Shown piece by piece: positions 27,148 to 38,200 of a stretch of 64,000 nucleotides of DNA. Location: the NCBI GenBank assembly GCA_044229975.1, contig JBGARZ010000009.1, forward strand, positions 219,947 to 283,946, written 5' to 3'. The first letter of the stretch is position 1. Each line of letters begins with the position of its first letter. The DNA comes from Polyangiales bacterium (GTDB lineage Bacteria; Myxococcota_A; Polyangia; Polyangiales; Ga0077539). The position numbers and the translations under genes were made by a program. The notes beneath the pieces were generated by a model. It was not told the DNA's origin, ran no database searches, and worked only from the letters and a program-made list of their open reading frames with translations.

Positions 27148-30100
27148 TCAGGGCTTGGCGGGCCGCTTCCGGGCGCCTCCCTTTGCCCCGGAGTCTTTCC
27201 GCGTAGTCGATGCGCGGGCGGAACGCTGCCCAACCTTCGGTGCTGCTACCTCATCAGAAGGCGCCTCGATCCGATCGACACGGTCATACCAGGGATGTTC
27301 TGGAAAGCTCGAGCGCAGATGAGTGAATATCGGGCGGATGGCATCTGGCGAGTCGCAGAATCGAGCGGCCCACTCCACTCGGAGAGCCTTGAGAGTGTCC
27401 ACCGTCTCGCCGCCGACACCTAGAACCGTGGTGAGAACATGGCCTGCAACGGCTGGTGACACGCCAAGTTCAGGGGTCGCGAAGAGACCAAGTTCCCGTC
27501 GGAAGGTAGCGTAGTCACCGTGGTCCACCATTTCCGGCTTAGACTTCTTCCATGTGACGAGATCGCGAAGGAGGGTCTGCCAGTTCTGCCCGGTTGGCTC
27601 ACCCGTAAAATGCGCCGTCTGAACGCTCGACTCCCCCAGCAACCGGCGCGTGTTCTGGAGACAGCTGTAGAGCATGGCATCTACACGCCACTGAGGATCT
27701 GACACAGACCGAAGCTCACGCTGGTCGATCTGCCGAAGCGCCTCGTTCCAGGCATCCTCAATCTCAGAAACGTCTCCATACTGAAACCAATACAGAGCAG
27801 GCCAATAGAACTCCGGTCCATTGTCTCCGACCATGCATCGGACACCCTCCCACGGAAAGAAACCTACCCTCCTCGGGGTTGGGATCACAGAATTCGACGC
27901 GGCGTAGTCTGTCGCAATGGAATACACTGCATCGCAAGGCGACTGAAGCCGTAGGTCGTCCACGGTGACTCGAATTTCCCCGATCTCGTAGGTCCCAACG
28001 ACCAGATCTCCAGGAAGTGCAACCTGCCTCGTCGGGTGCTCGACCGTTTCGCGCGTGAACCGAAGGCCGTTCGTCTCGATACGCTGTTCGTCGCCCGGGA
28101 CCACTCGAACGGCCTTTCCAAAACGCTGCTGCTTCGTCGCGGAGATCGAAGCGTGCCACAATTCTGCAATGATCCGAGCTGTCGGAACGCTGCCGAACCG
28201 GTTTTCCTCAAGCACCCTCCTCATGACGTCAACGGCGTTGCGCGGCGCGCGAGAGAGCCTCCGCCGAACGAAACCGCTCAGGCGGTTACTCCCAACCAGA
28301 TTTCCCAGGCTTTGAATGAGGTCGGCGACATCCTTGGTCGGCGCCCGTCCCGCAACTCCGACCCCAGCAAACTTCAACCATGGATGATCCGTGGCGGCCA
28401 CCTCGTCGATCGCGTTCCGATAAATCGCGATCTGCGCCTCGTCCGTCGGTCGCCTCCGCAACGGAACCATTCGATGCGCAACGCCACGTCGAATCATCTC
28501 ATTTCGCGCGATCACCAACTCATCACGCAACGCAGACGCCCAAAGTCTTTCTCCAAACTCCTTCCTGAGCAGTTTCAGCCAGGACATAGCTGACTCGGGA
28601 GGAAGTCCACATTCAGGTGCTCCCAGCAGAGCCACCCGGGAGCGGGCCCAGACGGCGAAGGACTTCGCTCGTGGTGTTGTCGCCCGTTGCACTCCTAACC
28701 TGGCAACGCGAGGCGCCAACTCGCTCCACTTCGGCGCCTGAGTTTCCGACTCGTTCAAACGAATAGTTGGATCAGCCAGCTCGGCCTGATCGAGAACTAA
28801 TCCGACCAGAGTCCGGGCGAGGTGGTCAATGTGTCCTGCCCCCCAGGCACTACCAAGGCATGATTCACGCCACCTTCTTTCGACAACAATCGCATCCAAC
28901 GGAGACACCCAATCCGGGACGGGCCACGAAATAGGCAACACATCATCCCAAATGGCACCCTCAGCGGTGTCCCGACTCTCGGCAGCACGAGACAAGAACC
29001 GAACACTCGAAATGCAGTACCGATCGAAGACTGAAACACTTCCAAATTCATTGAACGGCGGAAAAGGACCGTCGGTAAGTGCGTCCTCGTGCATCATCGC
29101 CACAAGTGCGGACGTCGATGCGCCAGACAAAGACGCCGCTTCCTGCGGACGGTCAGCGCTCAGACCCGACCCACCCGGCGGCTCGATCCACCAGTGCGCC
29201 AGGGTTTGGAATGTGAGATCCGTTCCGGATCCGCTGGATGACGTATGGATGCCACGCCAATCGGCCCGAAGTCGAAACTCGCCACTTCTGACTCGAATTG
29301 ATCCGTCATCGGTATCAAAGAGAACATCCCGGCTTCTGCTCCGGAGGGCCAAGGACTTCGCATCATCTTCAATCGCGTGTCTCCAGAGATCGCGGAGAGC
29401 TGCGGCGCGGTTTCGATCGCCGACCTTCAGCGTCGCCGCCCGTCGGGTGCGAGCAGTCGTGGTCCCTTCGGCGGATCGCGTCGGCATGATAGCTTCGGAC
29501 CAACCGAACCAAACCGAGTCCGCCCGCAAGACGCCTTCTTGGAGCTGTCGGAGATTGCCGGGTAGCGCAAGGAGAAGCTCCGGAAGAGCCTTCATATATC
29601 CGCTCAGAGGCAAGCGCCCGTCGTGCGTCAGGTCGTCAATGCGACAAACCAGGGAGTTCATGGATACTCGTGACGTTCCCCTTCCACTCTCCGCCCCGCG
29701 AACATCTGAGTCAAAGTGCACCTCCCATCGATCACGCACGGCAATCTCGCTCAACGCGAATCGCTGGCTTTCAGGCACCGACTTGCTGAAAATCTGCCTG
29801 GAGATCTTCGCCGCCTTTTCGAGGCTTCCGTCTTCGAACGCAGGCGTCCTTCCAGAGTCGGAGGCCGCACTACCCAGCCGAATGTCGCGCAGAACCGAAT
29901 GCCGCAAAACGAGCTCAAATAACTCGCTGTCACCGGCAAGGACGATAGCAAACCGAGGATGCCACAACATCCTGATAATATCGATCAACTCCGGTACTCT
30001 CATGACATTCATATCACCATCATCAATGGGCAATACAAACAGCGGCGCTCGATCCCTCCAGTGCATTGCGCTGGCAAAGTCCTTTGCGAAGCAGTCCATC

Positions 30101-30831
30101 AGCTTTCCGAAGGATGATCTCACATCCATTCGGTCCGCCTCAACCTGCTGAAGCTCGTCCACGTAGCTCTCGAGATCGAGTCCGCCGCTCCGCCCCTTCA
30201 TGACGTCGTCCCACCCGATCACGACGGTGCTCATAAAGCCCCTCCAGGCATCGAAGGCCCCTGATCGAGTGCCCATCGTTTGCCAGGCAGTTCGCTCGAT
30301 GGTCCCCTCACCCGGGAGCCCGCGCTGAATCGCCTCGGCGATCGGGCGAAGACGGGTGGCGATGTGCGCCAGAAGATGCGTCGACTTCGGCAAGGGCTGC
30401 AGATCGAGAATCTCAAGCGGCACCACTTGAGAGCCCGTATAGACCTTCTGGAGGCTCTCCGCGACGAGCTTGCTGTCGAGCATCGGCCCCTGCACCTTAG
30501 GCTGAGGACGGCCTCGAATTGCGTTATTCCAGTGACCGAGAATCGATAACAGTACCGCGGTCTTTCCCGTACCCCGATCGCCGTCGATTAGGGCAACGCG
30601 ATTCGATCGCGCCTGATCAATGCGAGGAAGCACCAATTCGATCACGCAATCGCGCGACTCTCCTTGGATGTTCCCGGCGGTCGTCTCCTTCGCCATCGCG
30701 TCGACTAGATCAAGGATTCGCCGCGTCGCCCACCGCTGGTCCTCAGTCATCTCGTGCCAGTCCAGCGGCCGCGCCTCCGCCCTCGGCCCGCCGCTCACCC
30801 GATTCTCCCCGCCGCCGTTCGCGCTCGTCAT
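27148..30831 (-). CDS. rdrA: Large P-loop NTPase (KAP/AAA-like, 1227 aa), RADAR RdrA-like
   Basis: Walker A ALIDGDRGTGKTAVLLSIL, Walker-B-like FVLPIDDGDM (KAP-type hhhhDDxD). GC about 57%, versus about 70% around it. Immediately precedes and is coupled to the deaminase gene. Confidence 0.5.
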   Translation of the reverse strand: MTSANGGGENRVSGGPRAEARPLDWHEMTEDQRWATRRILDLVDAMAKETTAGNIQGESRDCVIELVLPRIDQARSNRVALIDGDRGTGKTAVLLSILGHWNNAIRGRPQPKVQGPMLDSKLVAESLQKVYTGSQVVPLEILDLQPLPKSTHLLAHIATRLRPIAEAIQRGLPGEGTIERTAWQTMGTRSGAFDAWRGFMSTVVIGWDDVMKGRSGGLDLESYVDELQQVEADRMDVRSSFGKLMDCFAKDFASAMHWRDRAPLFVLPIDDGDMNVMRVPELIDIIRMLWHPRFAIVLAGDSELFELVLRHSVLRDIRLGSAASDSGRTPAFEDGSLEKAAKISRQIFSKSVPESQRFALSEIAVRDRWEVHFDSDVRGAESGRGTSRVSMNSLVCRIDDLTHDGRLPLSGYMKALPELLLALPGNLRQLQEGVLRADSVWFGWSEAIMPTRSAEGTTTARTRRAATLKVGDRNRAAALRDLWRHAIEDDAKSLALRSRSRDVLFDTDDGSIRVRSGEFRLRADWRGIHTSSSGSGTDLTFQTLAHWWIEPPGGSGLSADRPQEAASLSGASTSALVAMMHEDALTDGPFPPFNEFGSVSVFDRYCISSVRFLSRAAESRDTAEGAIWDDVLPISWPVPDWVSPLDAIVVERRWRESCLGSAWGAGHIDHLARTLVGLVLDQAELADPTIRLNESETQAPKWSELAPRVARLGVQRATTPRAKSFAVWARSRVALLGAPECGLPPESAMSWLKLLRKEFGERLWASALRDELVIARNEMIRRGVAHRMVPLRRRPTDEAQIAIYRNAIDEVAATDHPWLKFAGVGVAGRAPTKDVADLIQSLGNLVGSNRLSGFVRRRLSRAPRNAVDVMRRVLEENRFGSVPTARIIAELWHASISATKQQRFGKAVRVVPGDEQRIETNGLRFTRETVEHPTRQVALPGDLVVGTYEIGEIRVTVDDLRLQSPCDAVYSIATDYAASNSVIPTPRRVGFFPWEGVRCMVGDNGPEFYWPALYWFQYGDVSEIEDAWNEALRQIDQRELRSVSDPQWRVDAMLYSCLQNTRRLLGESSVQTAHFTGEPTGQNWQTLLRDLVTWKKSKPEMVDHGDYATFRRELGLFATPELGVSPAVAGHVLTTVLGVGGETVDTLKALRVEWAARFCDSPDAIRPIFTHLRSSFPEHPWYDRVDRIEAPSDEVAAPKVGQRSARASTTRKDSGAKGGARKRPAKP

Positions 30832-30895
30832 CTCGACACCCCTCTCTCGACTTAGCTCGACCCCTCGCCACCCGCCGCCCCCGCCCCTCGCCCGC

Positions 30896-33757
30896 TCACC
30901 CCATCCCCGGCAGTCCCCGTTGCGCCGGCGTCTCCGCCACGCTCGACGCCTCGCCCGCAGCCGCCGCCAGCTTCGCCACTTCGGGCCACGCGGTCACCAG
31001 CCCGTTGTAGGCCAGCGCCTCCGCCGCCCACTTCTTCCGTTCGCACAGGCTGTACAGCCGATAGGCCAGCTCGCGCGCCGCCTCGCCCTGCGCGCCTACC
31101 CGCGCCAGCAGCTCGCCCGCCGCCCGCTCGCCCTTCGCCTCCAGCGCGCGGATCAGGTGCTGCGCCACCTCCCACACCGTCCGCCGCGCGTCTGTCGCCG
31201 GGTCCCAGTCGGCCGACAGCTCCGCCCGCGTGAGCAGCGCCACCTTGCCGCGCGACGACCGCAGGACGCCCGCCTCCACCAGCCCCGCCACCGAGGTGTT
31301 CTTCGCCCGCGCCAGCGTGTCGGCACTCCCGAACTCCGCCTCGCCATACTGGTGCTGCTCGAACCACGCGAGGGCGCAGCGCGTGTCGGCGTCGAAGTCA
31401 CCCTCCTGCTCGGAGAGCACCTCGTCGAGCACCTGGTTGATGATCTGTAGCGCGGTGCGAACGCTCATCGCCGACCCGTCGGACTCCAGCACCTTCGCGT
31501 ACGACGAGAACACCGCCATCCCCGGTCCGATCGCCGCCTGCGCGAAGTCCACCGGGGCGATGTTGCCCTGCTGGAGCAGCTTGAGGTCCCGCGGGAGCGT
31601 GCGCTTCAGGGCGCGCAGGAAGTCCGATCGGGTCGCCGAGGGGGCGTCGTCCGCGCGCTTGCGGCAGACGAGTACGATCGAGGAGGCGAGGGCGTTGATG
31701 TGCTTCTTGATGTTACCGGTAAGCTCGGTCCTTACCGGCCAAGTCCCGTGCACGACGAATCCTGAACCCAATAGACTGGAAAGCATCGTCTCCCAACCAG
31801 ACGACGCAACCACGCCACCACCGGCATCGCCCTCGCCATCAGACTCAACCTGCTTGAATGCGTAGTAGACCGCGAGTGGATACCCTTCGACTTGACGCTC
31901 GTATATCCGACCGAATGCGATACGAATCTTCTCTTCGAAGAAGTCCTTCGCCCTCGCCAGATCGCCACCGTGTCGGTGCTGCGAAGCGACCAATTCCGAG
32001 TTCTTGGGGACGGTGATTGTGGCAAAAAGGTTCGGATACAACAGGCCCACCGAACGCCTGAGCCATACGTAGAAAAAATCCGAGAGGTCGGCGTAGCCGA
32101 TGTTGTCATAATACGGCGGATCGGTGCTCACCACGACCCCTTCGGGACCGCCCGGCTCACAGGCATCGGCTTGAAAGGCTCTCCCAAGGCATGTCAAATC
32201 GGCGGGAATTCTAAGCAGGTTCTGGTAGACACCGTCGACTTGGCTAATAAAATTTCCACTAGACTCGCTGAACGGATTCCCCTCGGCATAGTCCCACGTC
32301 ATCGTGAGCGCCTGCCTCGCAAACGTACTGGTGATCGTCTCGTACTTAGCTCCCGAGTGCCACGAGCACAGCATCGAAGAATAGTTCACCAGACGGTCAA
32401 CAGCGAATGACAAGAACACAGCAATCGCTTCCCCGTAACCAGCCTTGGCAGGATCACTCAACGGGCGGACGTCCTTCAATACCTCCGCTCGCACCTCTTC
32501 GACGAGACCGGAGAGGGTCGCGAGGGTGTTCAGTTGCCGAGGTGTGAAGGCGTCTGCCCATTCGTACATACCGTACATTGGCAACCGATCGACATCATGG
32601 CTCGGTGTCGTCACCCTCTCAGACGGACGCCAATGCGACTGTGCCGACGCTGCGATTGATGCGTGGCTATCGATGGACGACAGATATATCCTGGCCCTTT
32701 TGCCCTCGGCAACGATCGCGGTAGGAATCGATCCCATGCGTCCCGCCTGCGCCTCCTCGCGCACATAAGAGAGCTCAAATTCGTTCTTGCAGGCAAGGCA
32801 ATATGCGCTGCGAGCGCGAACGGTCCCCACTGACTCGCCAGCACCCTTTTCGACGCGAAATCCACCTCTACCTCCGAGCGCCTTGGGGTCGGCGACCAGG
32901 TGATATTCTTTGCCAGGCTTTGTCGCGAGGGATAGTGATCGAATCAGCGGCGCGGTGGCATTGCATGCGGGATTCGGACACTTCACCGTCCGAGCCCAAA
33001 GCCACGCGATGACCGTCGCCTCTCCGCCGCCGTGCTCCGTCGATAGTGTCACCTTCGGATACAGGTGTCCAATCCGCTTGAAGGCCTCATCCCTCATCCA
33101 CGTCCCGTAATACCGGACGTCCTCCGCGAGCCCCTCGGCGCCCTTCCACGTCCGCATCTTCTGGTTGCGCTGCGACTCCGGGTTCACCGGCGGCTGCCCC
33201 GCGAACTTCGGCGGAATCTCGATCAATGCCTTGTTGATCAGCACCGCCACCGGGTTGAGGTCCGTCGCGATGGCCCGCAGCCCGAGCCGCTGCGCCTCCA
33301 ATGGAATGGTCCCGCCCCCCGCGAAGGGGTCGTGCACCGGCGGCAGCGCCGTCGCGAGGTACTGATTGACCACCGCGGCCGCGGGCTTCTCCCCGAGGAT
33401 CACGTCGGCCCGCGGGTCGTCCCGGTGGAAGCGCGCGTGCGACTGCGCGATCTCCCGCCGCGCCTCGTTGATGATGGCCTCGTCGTGGCTCGCCTCCCAC
33501 GGCACCATCCGCTCGATCAGCCGGAACAGCCGCTCGCGCTCGCGCTTCTGCCCGGCCTCATCGCCCTGGAGTTCGGGCCAGGTGCTCGGGTCATCCACGA
33601 GTTGCGCGAACAGCACCGCGCGCGCCGCCGCCAGCGGTCGCCGCGCCCACCAGAGATGGAGCGTCGAGGGGTGCCCGTGGCGAATGGACTTCTCCCTCCC
33701 GGCGGCGGCGTTGATGGCTTCGAGCGGGAGCGCGACCTCGATGAGCTTCTTGGGCAT
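30896..33757 (-). CDS. DUF1156-type DNA methyltransferase (N6-adenine or N4-cytosine, DPPY class)
   Basis: N-terminus MPKKLIEVALPLEAINAAAGREKSIRHGHPSTLHLWWARRPLAAARAV (DUF1156 signature). Motif I DPFAGGGTIPLEA. Motif IV STDPPYYDNIGYADLSDFFYVWLRR. Confidence 0.75.
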   Translation of the reverse strand: MPKKLIEVALPLEAINAAAGREKSIRHGHPSTLHLWWARRPLAAARAVLFAQLVDDPSTWPELQGDEAGQKRERERLFRLIERMVPWEASHDEAIINEARREIAQSHARFHRDDPRADVILGEKPAAAVVNQYLATALPPVHDPFAGGGTIPLEAQRLGLRAIATDLNPVAVLINKALIEIPPKFAGQPPVNPESQRNQKMRTWKGAEGLAEDVRYYGTWMRDEAFKRIGHLYPKVTLSTEHGGGEATVIAWLWARTVKCPNPACNATAPLIRSLSLATKPGKEYHLVADPKALGGRGGFRVEKGAGESVGTVRARSAYCLACKNEFELSYVREEAQAGRMGSIPTAIVAEGKRARIYLSSIDSHASIAASAQSHWRPSERVTTPSHDVDRLPMYGMYEWADAFTPRQLNTLATLSGLVEEVRAEVLKDVRPLSDPAKAGYGEAIAVFLSFAVDRLVNYSSMLCSWHSGAKYETITSTFARQALTMTWDYAEGNPFSESSGNFISQVDGVYQNLLRIPADLTCLGRAFQADACEPGGPEGVVVSTDPPYYDNIGYADLSDFFYVWLRRSVGLLYPNLFATITVPKNSELVASQHRHGGDLARAKDFFEEKIRIAFGRIYERQVEGYPLAVYYAFKQVESDGEGDAGGGVVASSGWETMLSSLLGSGFVVHGTWPVRTELTGNIKKHINALASSIVLVCRKRADDAPSATRSDFLRALKRTLPRDLKLLQQGNIAPVDFAQAAIGPGMAVFSSYAKVLESDGSAMSVRTALQIINQVLDEVLSEQEGDFDADTRCALAWFEQHQYGEAEFGSADTLARAKNTSVAGLVEAGVLRSSRGKVALLTRAELSADWDPATDARRTVWEVAQHLIRALEAKGERAAGELLARVGAQGEAARELAYRLYSLCERKKWAAEALAYNGLVTAWPEVAKLAAAAGEASSVAETPAQRGLPGMG

Positions 33758-33977
33758 TGGGCGGCGCGCAGTCTGCGCCCCGACGCGTCCCGCCGGGAAG
33801 AGGGAACCACCCCGCGGCCTCGGCGCCGTTCCTCCATCGGGGGACTGCTTTGCCCCTGGTGGCGCTGACTATTCCTGACCGGTGGCTGCGGGCCGGTGCG
33901 CCACGAGTTCGGCACGAGCGCACCTGCATCAAGGAGCTTGCGTTCGCTCCCTTTTGTCCGCTCTCGGGGCGGTCCGC

Positions 33978-34502
33978 TCAGCTTGCGACACGCGGCGGAT
34001 CATGGCCCATGGTCACGCGGTAGAGGTCGCAGAGGTCCACGAGCTGGGCTGCGGCGATCGCGACCTGGCGCACATGGTACTGGGGTTCTCCCTCCCAGCC
34101 GTCCTTCCCTTCGTTGACGTCCACCCGGAAGTGCCGACGCGCCTCCTTCGCGCGCTCGGCGATCAGCCGTCCGAGACCCTCCATCGCGTCGAGCGCCACG
34201 CACGCCATTGTCTCGCCCTCGCCGTGCTCGCCCGGGTCGACCGCCATCGCGCCGCATTGCACGAAGACCACCTGGGCGAGCGCGAGCTCCGGGCACCAGA
34301 GATCGACCGACGCATCGAGGGCGTTCTGCGTGACCTCGGCCAGCACCGGGTGCGCCTCCAACCAGGTCAGCGGGCGGGTGAGAGCCGCACGATCCTTTCG
34401 GGCGCCACCAGCCTCCGTCGATGGAGGCACTTCAGCGGTGGACCTGGCGGACGAGCGGGCGGAACCCTCCGCCTCGGGGCGAGCCCTTCGCGGCGCGCTC
34501 AC
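33978..34502 (-). CDS. Hypothetical small protein (about 174 aa) of the operon
   Basis: GTG start overlaps the upstream stop (GTGA). GC3-biased. The track ORF's N-terminal 65 aa overlaps the upstream gene and is judged spurious. Confidence 0.4.
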   Translation of the reverse strand: MSAPRRARPEAEGSARSSARSTAEVPPSTEAGGARKDRAALTRPLTWLEAHPVLAEVTQNALDASVDLWCPELALAQVVFVQCGAMAVDPGEHGEGETMACVALDAMEGLGRLIAERAKEARRHFRVDVNEGKDGWEGEPQYHVRQVAIAAAQLVDLCDLYRVTMGHDPPRVAS

Positions 34503-35203
34503 GCGTCCGCCCCCGACCGGAACCACGTGCTTCCACGGTGGATCACGGGCACACCGCGTCTTGCCGCGAGCATCAGCCCATCGACTACCCGCCAGAGCCG
34601 CCGCAGGAGCAGGGCGATCTCCTGTTGGCGCTCGGACATCTCCATGATGTTCCCGGCGACCTTGCTCTCGTCCTCGGTTCCGATGGTCGCGTCGCACAGG
34701 CGGTCGACGATGCTGTCGATGTGGCGTCGCGCGGGCCTCGTGATTCGGCGGGCAACTCGCGCGAGCTGCTCGGCGTAGTCGAGCGGCCCGAGCCGGAAGA
34801 CCACACGCGTACCGAGATCGAACACCAGCAACTCTCGCGCGAGCTTCGGATCGCCGGCGTAGTAGGCGAAGAGCTTCAGGTCCCAGAGCAGCGAGGCCGG
34901 GACCTTCGTCCGGCGCGCTGGCGCGGCGGTCTTACTCGCGGGCGGCGGCGTGCGATGCGCTACGGCCGACGGCGATGTCGGTTGCAACTGGATGAGTTTC
35001 CCGCTGACGGGAGCGGCCTTCGTGGTCGTAGCCACGGGGACTCTCGGCTGTCCGATCGGCGGGCGAACGTCGCCCGCAGCGCCCAGTGGCGCGGCCTTGT
35101 TGTGCACGGTTCCCGTCTCCTGCGGCGCACGTTGGACAACCCCAGCGCCGTCGGAGCGACCCAACGATGGCTGCGTCGCGGATGTTCCACGGACAGTCGT
35201 CAC
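34499..35203 (-). CDS. Hypothetical protein (234 aa) between the SNF2 helicase and the methyltransferase; candidate DUF3780-type partner
   Basis: GC3-biased ORF 19 nt downstream of the SNF2 gene stop. DLKLFAYYAGDPKLARELLVFDLGTRVVF... No motif recognised; the DUF3780 idea comes only from known gene-neighbourhood context. Confidence 0.4.
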   Translation of the reverse strand: MTTVRGTSATQPSLGRSDGAGVVQRAPQETGTVHNKAAPLGAAGDVRPPIGQPRVPVATTTKAAPVSGKLIQLQPTSPSAVAHRTPPPASKTAAPARRTKVPASLLWDLKLFAYYAGDPKLARELLVFDLGTRVVFRLGPLDYAEQLARVARRITRPARRHIDSIVDRLCDATIGTEDESKVAGNIMEMSERQQEIALLLRRLWRVVDGLMLAARRGVPVIHRGSTWFRSGADA

Positions 35204-35222
35204 GAGCGGGTTCGGAGTGGGA

Positions 35223-38200
35223 TTATCCCAGCGCGACGACCACGACCGGCTCCTCGAAACCCGGCATCGCCCCAGCGAGTCCGTCGAGCACTACTGGAAT
35301 CCCGGTCGTCCCCTCGTCGTTGACCTCGACGACCACCAGCGCGACCCGCTCGGGCGCGTGCCGCAGCGCCATAGCCTCCGAGCGCCGCAGCGTCACCGAC
35401 GCGGCCCCCTCGGGCACCCCGCGCACGACCCAGAACCGCAGCGCCCCCGTCGCCGGTTCGCGCGCCTCGAGGTCCCACCCGGCCCGCTGCGCCCGCACGT
35501 CGCGCAGGTCGCGGCCGCGCAGCGCCTCGGCCCGCATCACCGCCGCGATCGCCACCTCGTCGCGCCCCCCGTCGAGCGCCAACCCACCTACGAGCCCGGC
35601 AGGGACCACCGGCACCACCGCGACGATATCCACGTCGCCCTCCGCCACGGCGCGCAACCCGGCGAGCTCGGCGCGGCGCTCGAACATCCGACCGCGCAGG
35701 GTCTTCTCCAGCTCGGACTGCTGCTGGGCCTTCTTGGCACCGTGGTGCCCACGCGCCTGCGCCTCGACCTTCAGCCGGTGGGCCTGCTGCGTCTCGGCCG
35801 AGAGCCGCGCCATCACCTCGCGCTCGATGACGTCGATCGCCTTCTCATGGCGCGTACGCACCGCCCGACGCCACGGCACGAGCAGCGCTTCATCGATCGC
35901 GGCGCGCAGGGAATCCGGCCGCGCCGGAAGCGCGGGGTCCATCGCCGCGAGGCACGCGCGCTCCTCGTCGGTGGTCGATCGAAGGTCGAGATGGGCGGGT
36001 CCCGCGAGGGGACGGACGGAGCCGTCGGCGCGGACGGCGACGAGCCACGCAGCTTCGTCGAGGCGCGCCCCTTCGCCGTGGGTGAGCGCCTGCGAGACGG
36101 CGACGAGCCACCAGGGCTCGCTCCCCCCGTCGAAGGGATCGACGTACGCCGCGGGCGTGTGCAGCGCGTCGCGGGCCACAGCGAGGGCGAGCGCGCGGGC
36201 CCACGGGTGTGCGGCGGTCAGGCGCACGACCTCGTCGCCAGCAAGGGGATCGAAGCCGATGGGAGGCGGCCGTTGCGGGAGGGTGGCGTCGTGCGCGCGC
36301 CACGCGGGCGGGGTGAAGTTGACGGCGTAGCGCCCTTCACTGCGGGGGAAGGCGCGGCCCTGTATCGACCCGAGCGCGGCGACGAACCAGGGCTCCAGGC
36401 AGGCGCGCCCGAGCTGCTGGCCGGCGGCGCGGTCCATGTCGTCGCGGAGGGCGCGTAGCTGGCGGGCAGCGGCCTCGCGCGCGGCGGTCTCATCGACGCG
36501 TCGCGAGAACTCGTGCTGGCGGGTGACGGCCTCATCCACCTGGCGGCCGACGGCGTCGCCGGCGCGGGCGGCCTCGTGGCGTCCGCCGCGCACCGCGTCG
36601 AGGAGGAAGTCCCGCAGCGGGCGCTCGCTGAAGGCCGCGCCGAGGACGTCGAAGACCTGTCCGCGGAGGGACTTCGACTCTTCTTCGAGGCGACGGCAGA
36701 GGGCCTGGAAGACCTCGGTCTCACGGGTGCCGTCGGCGACGAGGTTCCAGAGCTGGCAGGTCTCGGTCTGGCCGATGCGGTGCACGCGGCCGAAGCGCTG
36801 CTCGATGCGCGCGGGGCTCCAGGGGATGTCCCAATTGAGCACGAGCGAGGCGCACTGGAGGTTGATGCCCTCGCCCGCGGCGTCGGTCGCCACGAGGAAC
36901 TCCGTGCCCTCCTCGTCGGCGAAGGCACGCTGCGCGGCGAGGCGCTGGGCGCGGTCCATGGAGCCGTCGATGGTGACGACGCACTCGGCGCGGCCGCGCA
37001 GGTTGGCCAGGAAGTCGGCGACGTAGGTGAGGGTGTCGCGGTGCTCGGTGAAGACCACGAGCTTCCGCCGCCGGCCGAGGCGGTCGACCATGGCTGCGGA
37101 GGTGAGCAGCTCGGCGACGCGCTCGCGTTTGCAGTCCACCTTGGCCTGGAGCAGCGCGCGGCTCTCGACCTCGAGCTCGGCGAGGCGATCGACCTCGTCG
37201 GCGAGCTCGTCGATCGAGCGCGCCGCGGTGGCGCCTTCGGCGAGGGCGCTCTCTTCGGCTTCGGTCTCGGCGCCCGGGAGGTCGAGGGCGGACTCGAGCT
37301 CGTCGTCGGAGAGGCTCTCCTCCTCGGCGCGGAACGAGCGGGCGCGCAGGGCGGCGAGGCGCGCGGCGAGCTTCGCGCGGCGCGAGGAGAGCGAGCGGTG
37401 GATGGCGCTCGGGCTCGACGCGAGGCGGCGCTGGAGCACGGTGAGGGCGAAGCCGACGGTGCGTCCGCGGCCCTCGGTGGCCTCGGCACGGTCGAACTCG
37501 GTGCGCACATACTGGGTGACGGACTCGTAGAGGGACTTCTCCCGGGGTGAGAGCGCGAAGTTGACGGTGACCGCGCGGCGCGGGGGGAAGAGGGCCGAGC
37601 CGTCGAAGCGGACGAGGTCTTCCTTGAGGCGGCGGTGGATGAGGTCGTCGATGCGCGGGGTGTGGACGCCGTCGCGGAACTTGCCCGCGAAGCGGTCGCC
37701 GTCGACAAGCTGGAGGAAGGCCTGGAAGCGCTCCTCGCTGCCGTCGTGGGGAGTGGCACTCATCAGGAGGACGTCGCGAGCCTCGGCGGCGACGCGGCGC
37801 GCGAAGCTGAAGCGCTGGGTGGGGTCGAGGCGCTGGCCGTTCCAGCCGGTGGAGAGGCGGTGGGCCTCGTCGAAGACAGCGAGGTCCCAGTGCACGGCGG
37901 CGACGCGGGCGACGAAGGCCGGGTCGCGGGCGACCTGGTCGAGGCGCACGACGGCGAAGGGATGCTCGACGAACCACTCGTCGGCGCGGACGAGGTCGGT
38001 GCGCGTGGGGAGGTCGAAGCGGAGGTCGAAGCGGGTCCAGAGCTCGTCGCGCCACTGGTCAACGAGCGAGCCGGGCGCAACGACGACGCAGTTGCGGAGG
38101 AGACCACGGGCGCGCATCTCGGTGATGAGCAGGCCGGCCATGATGGTCTTGCCGGCGCCGGGGTCGTCGGCGAGCACGAAGCGCAGCGGGCGTTGTACGA

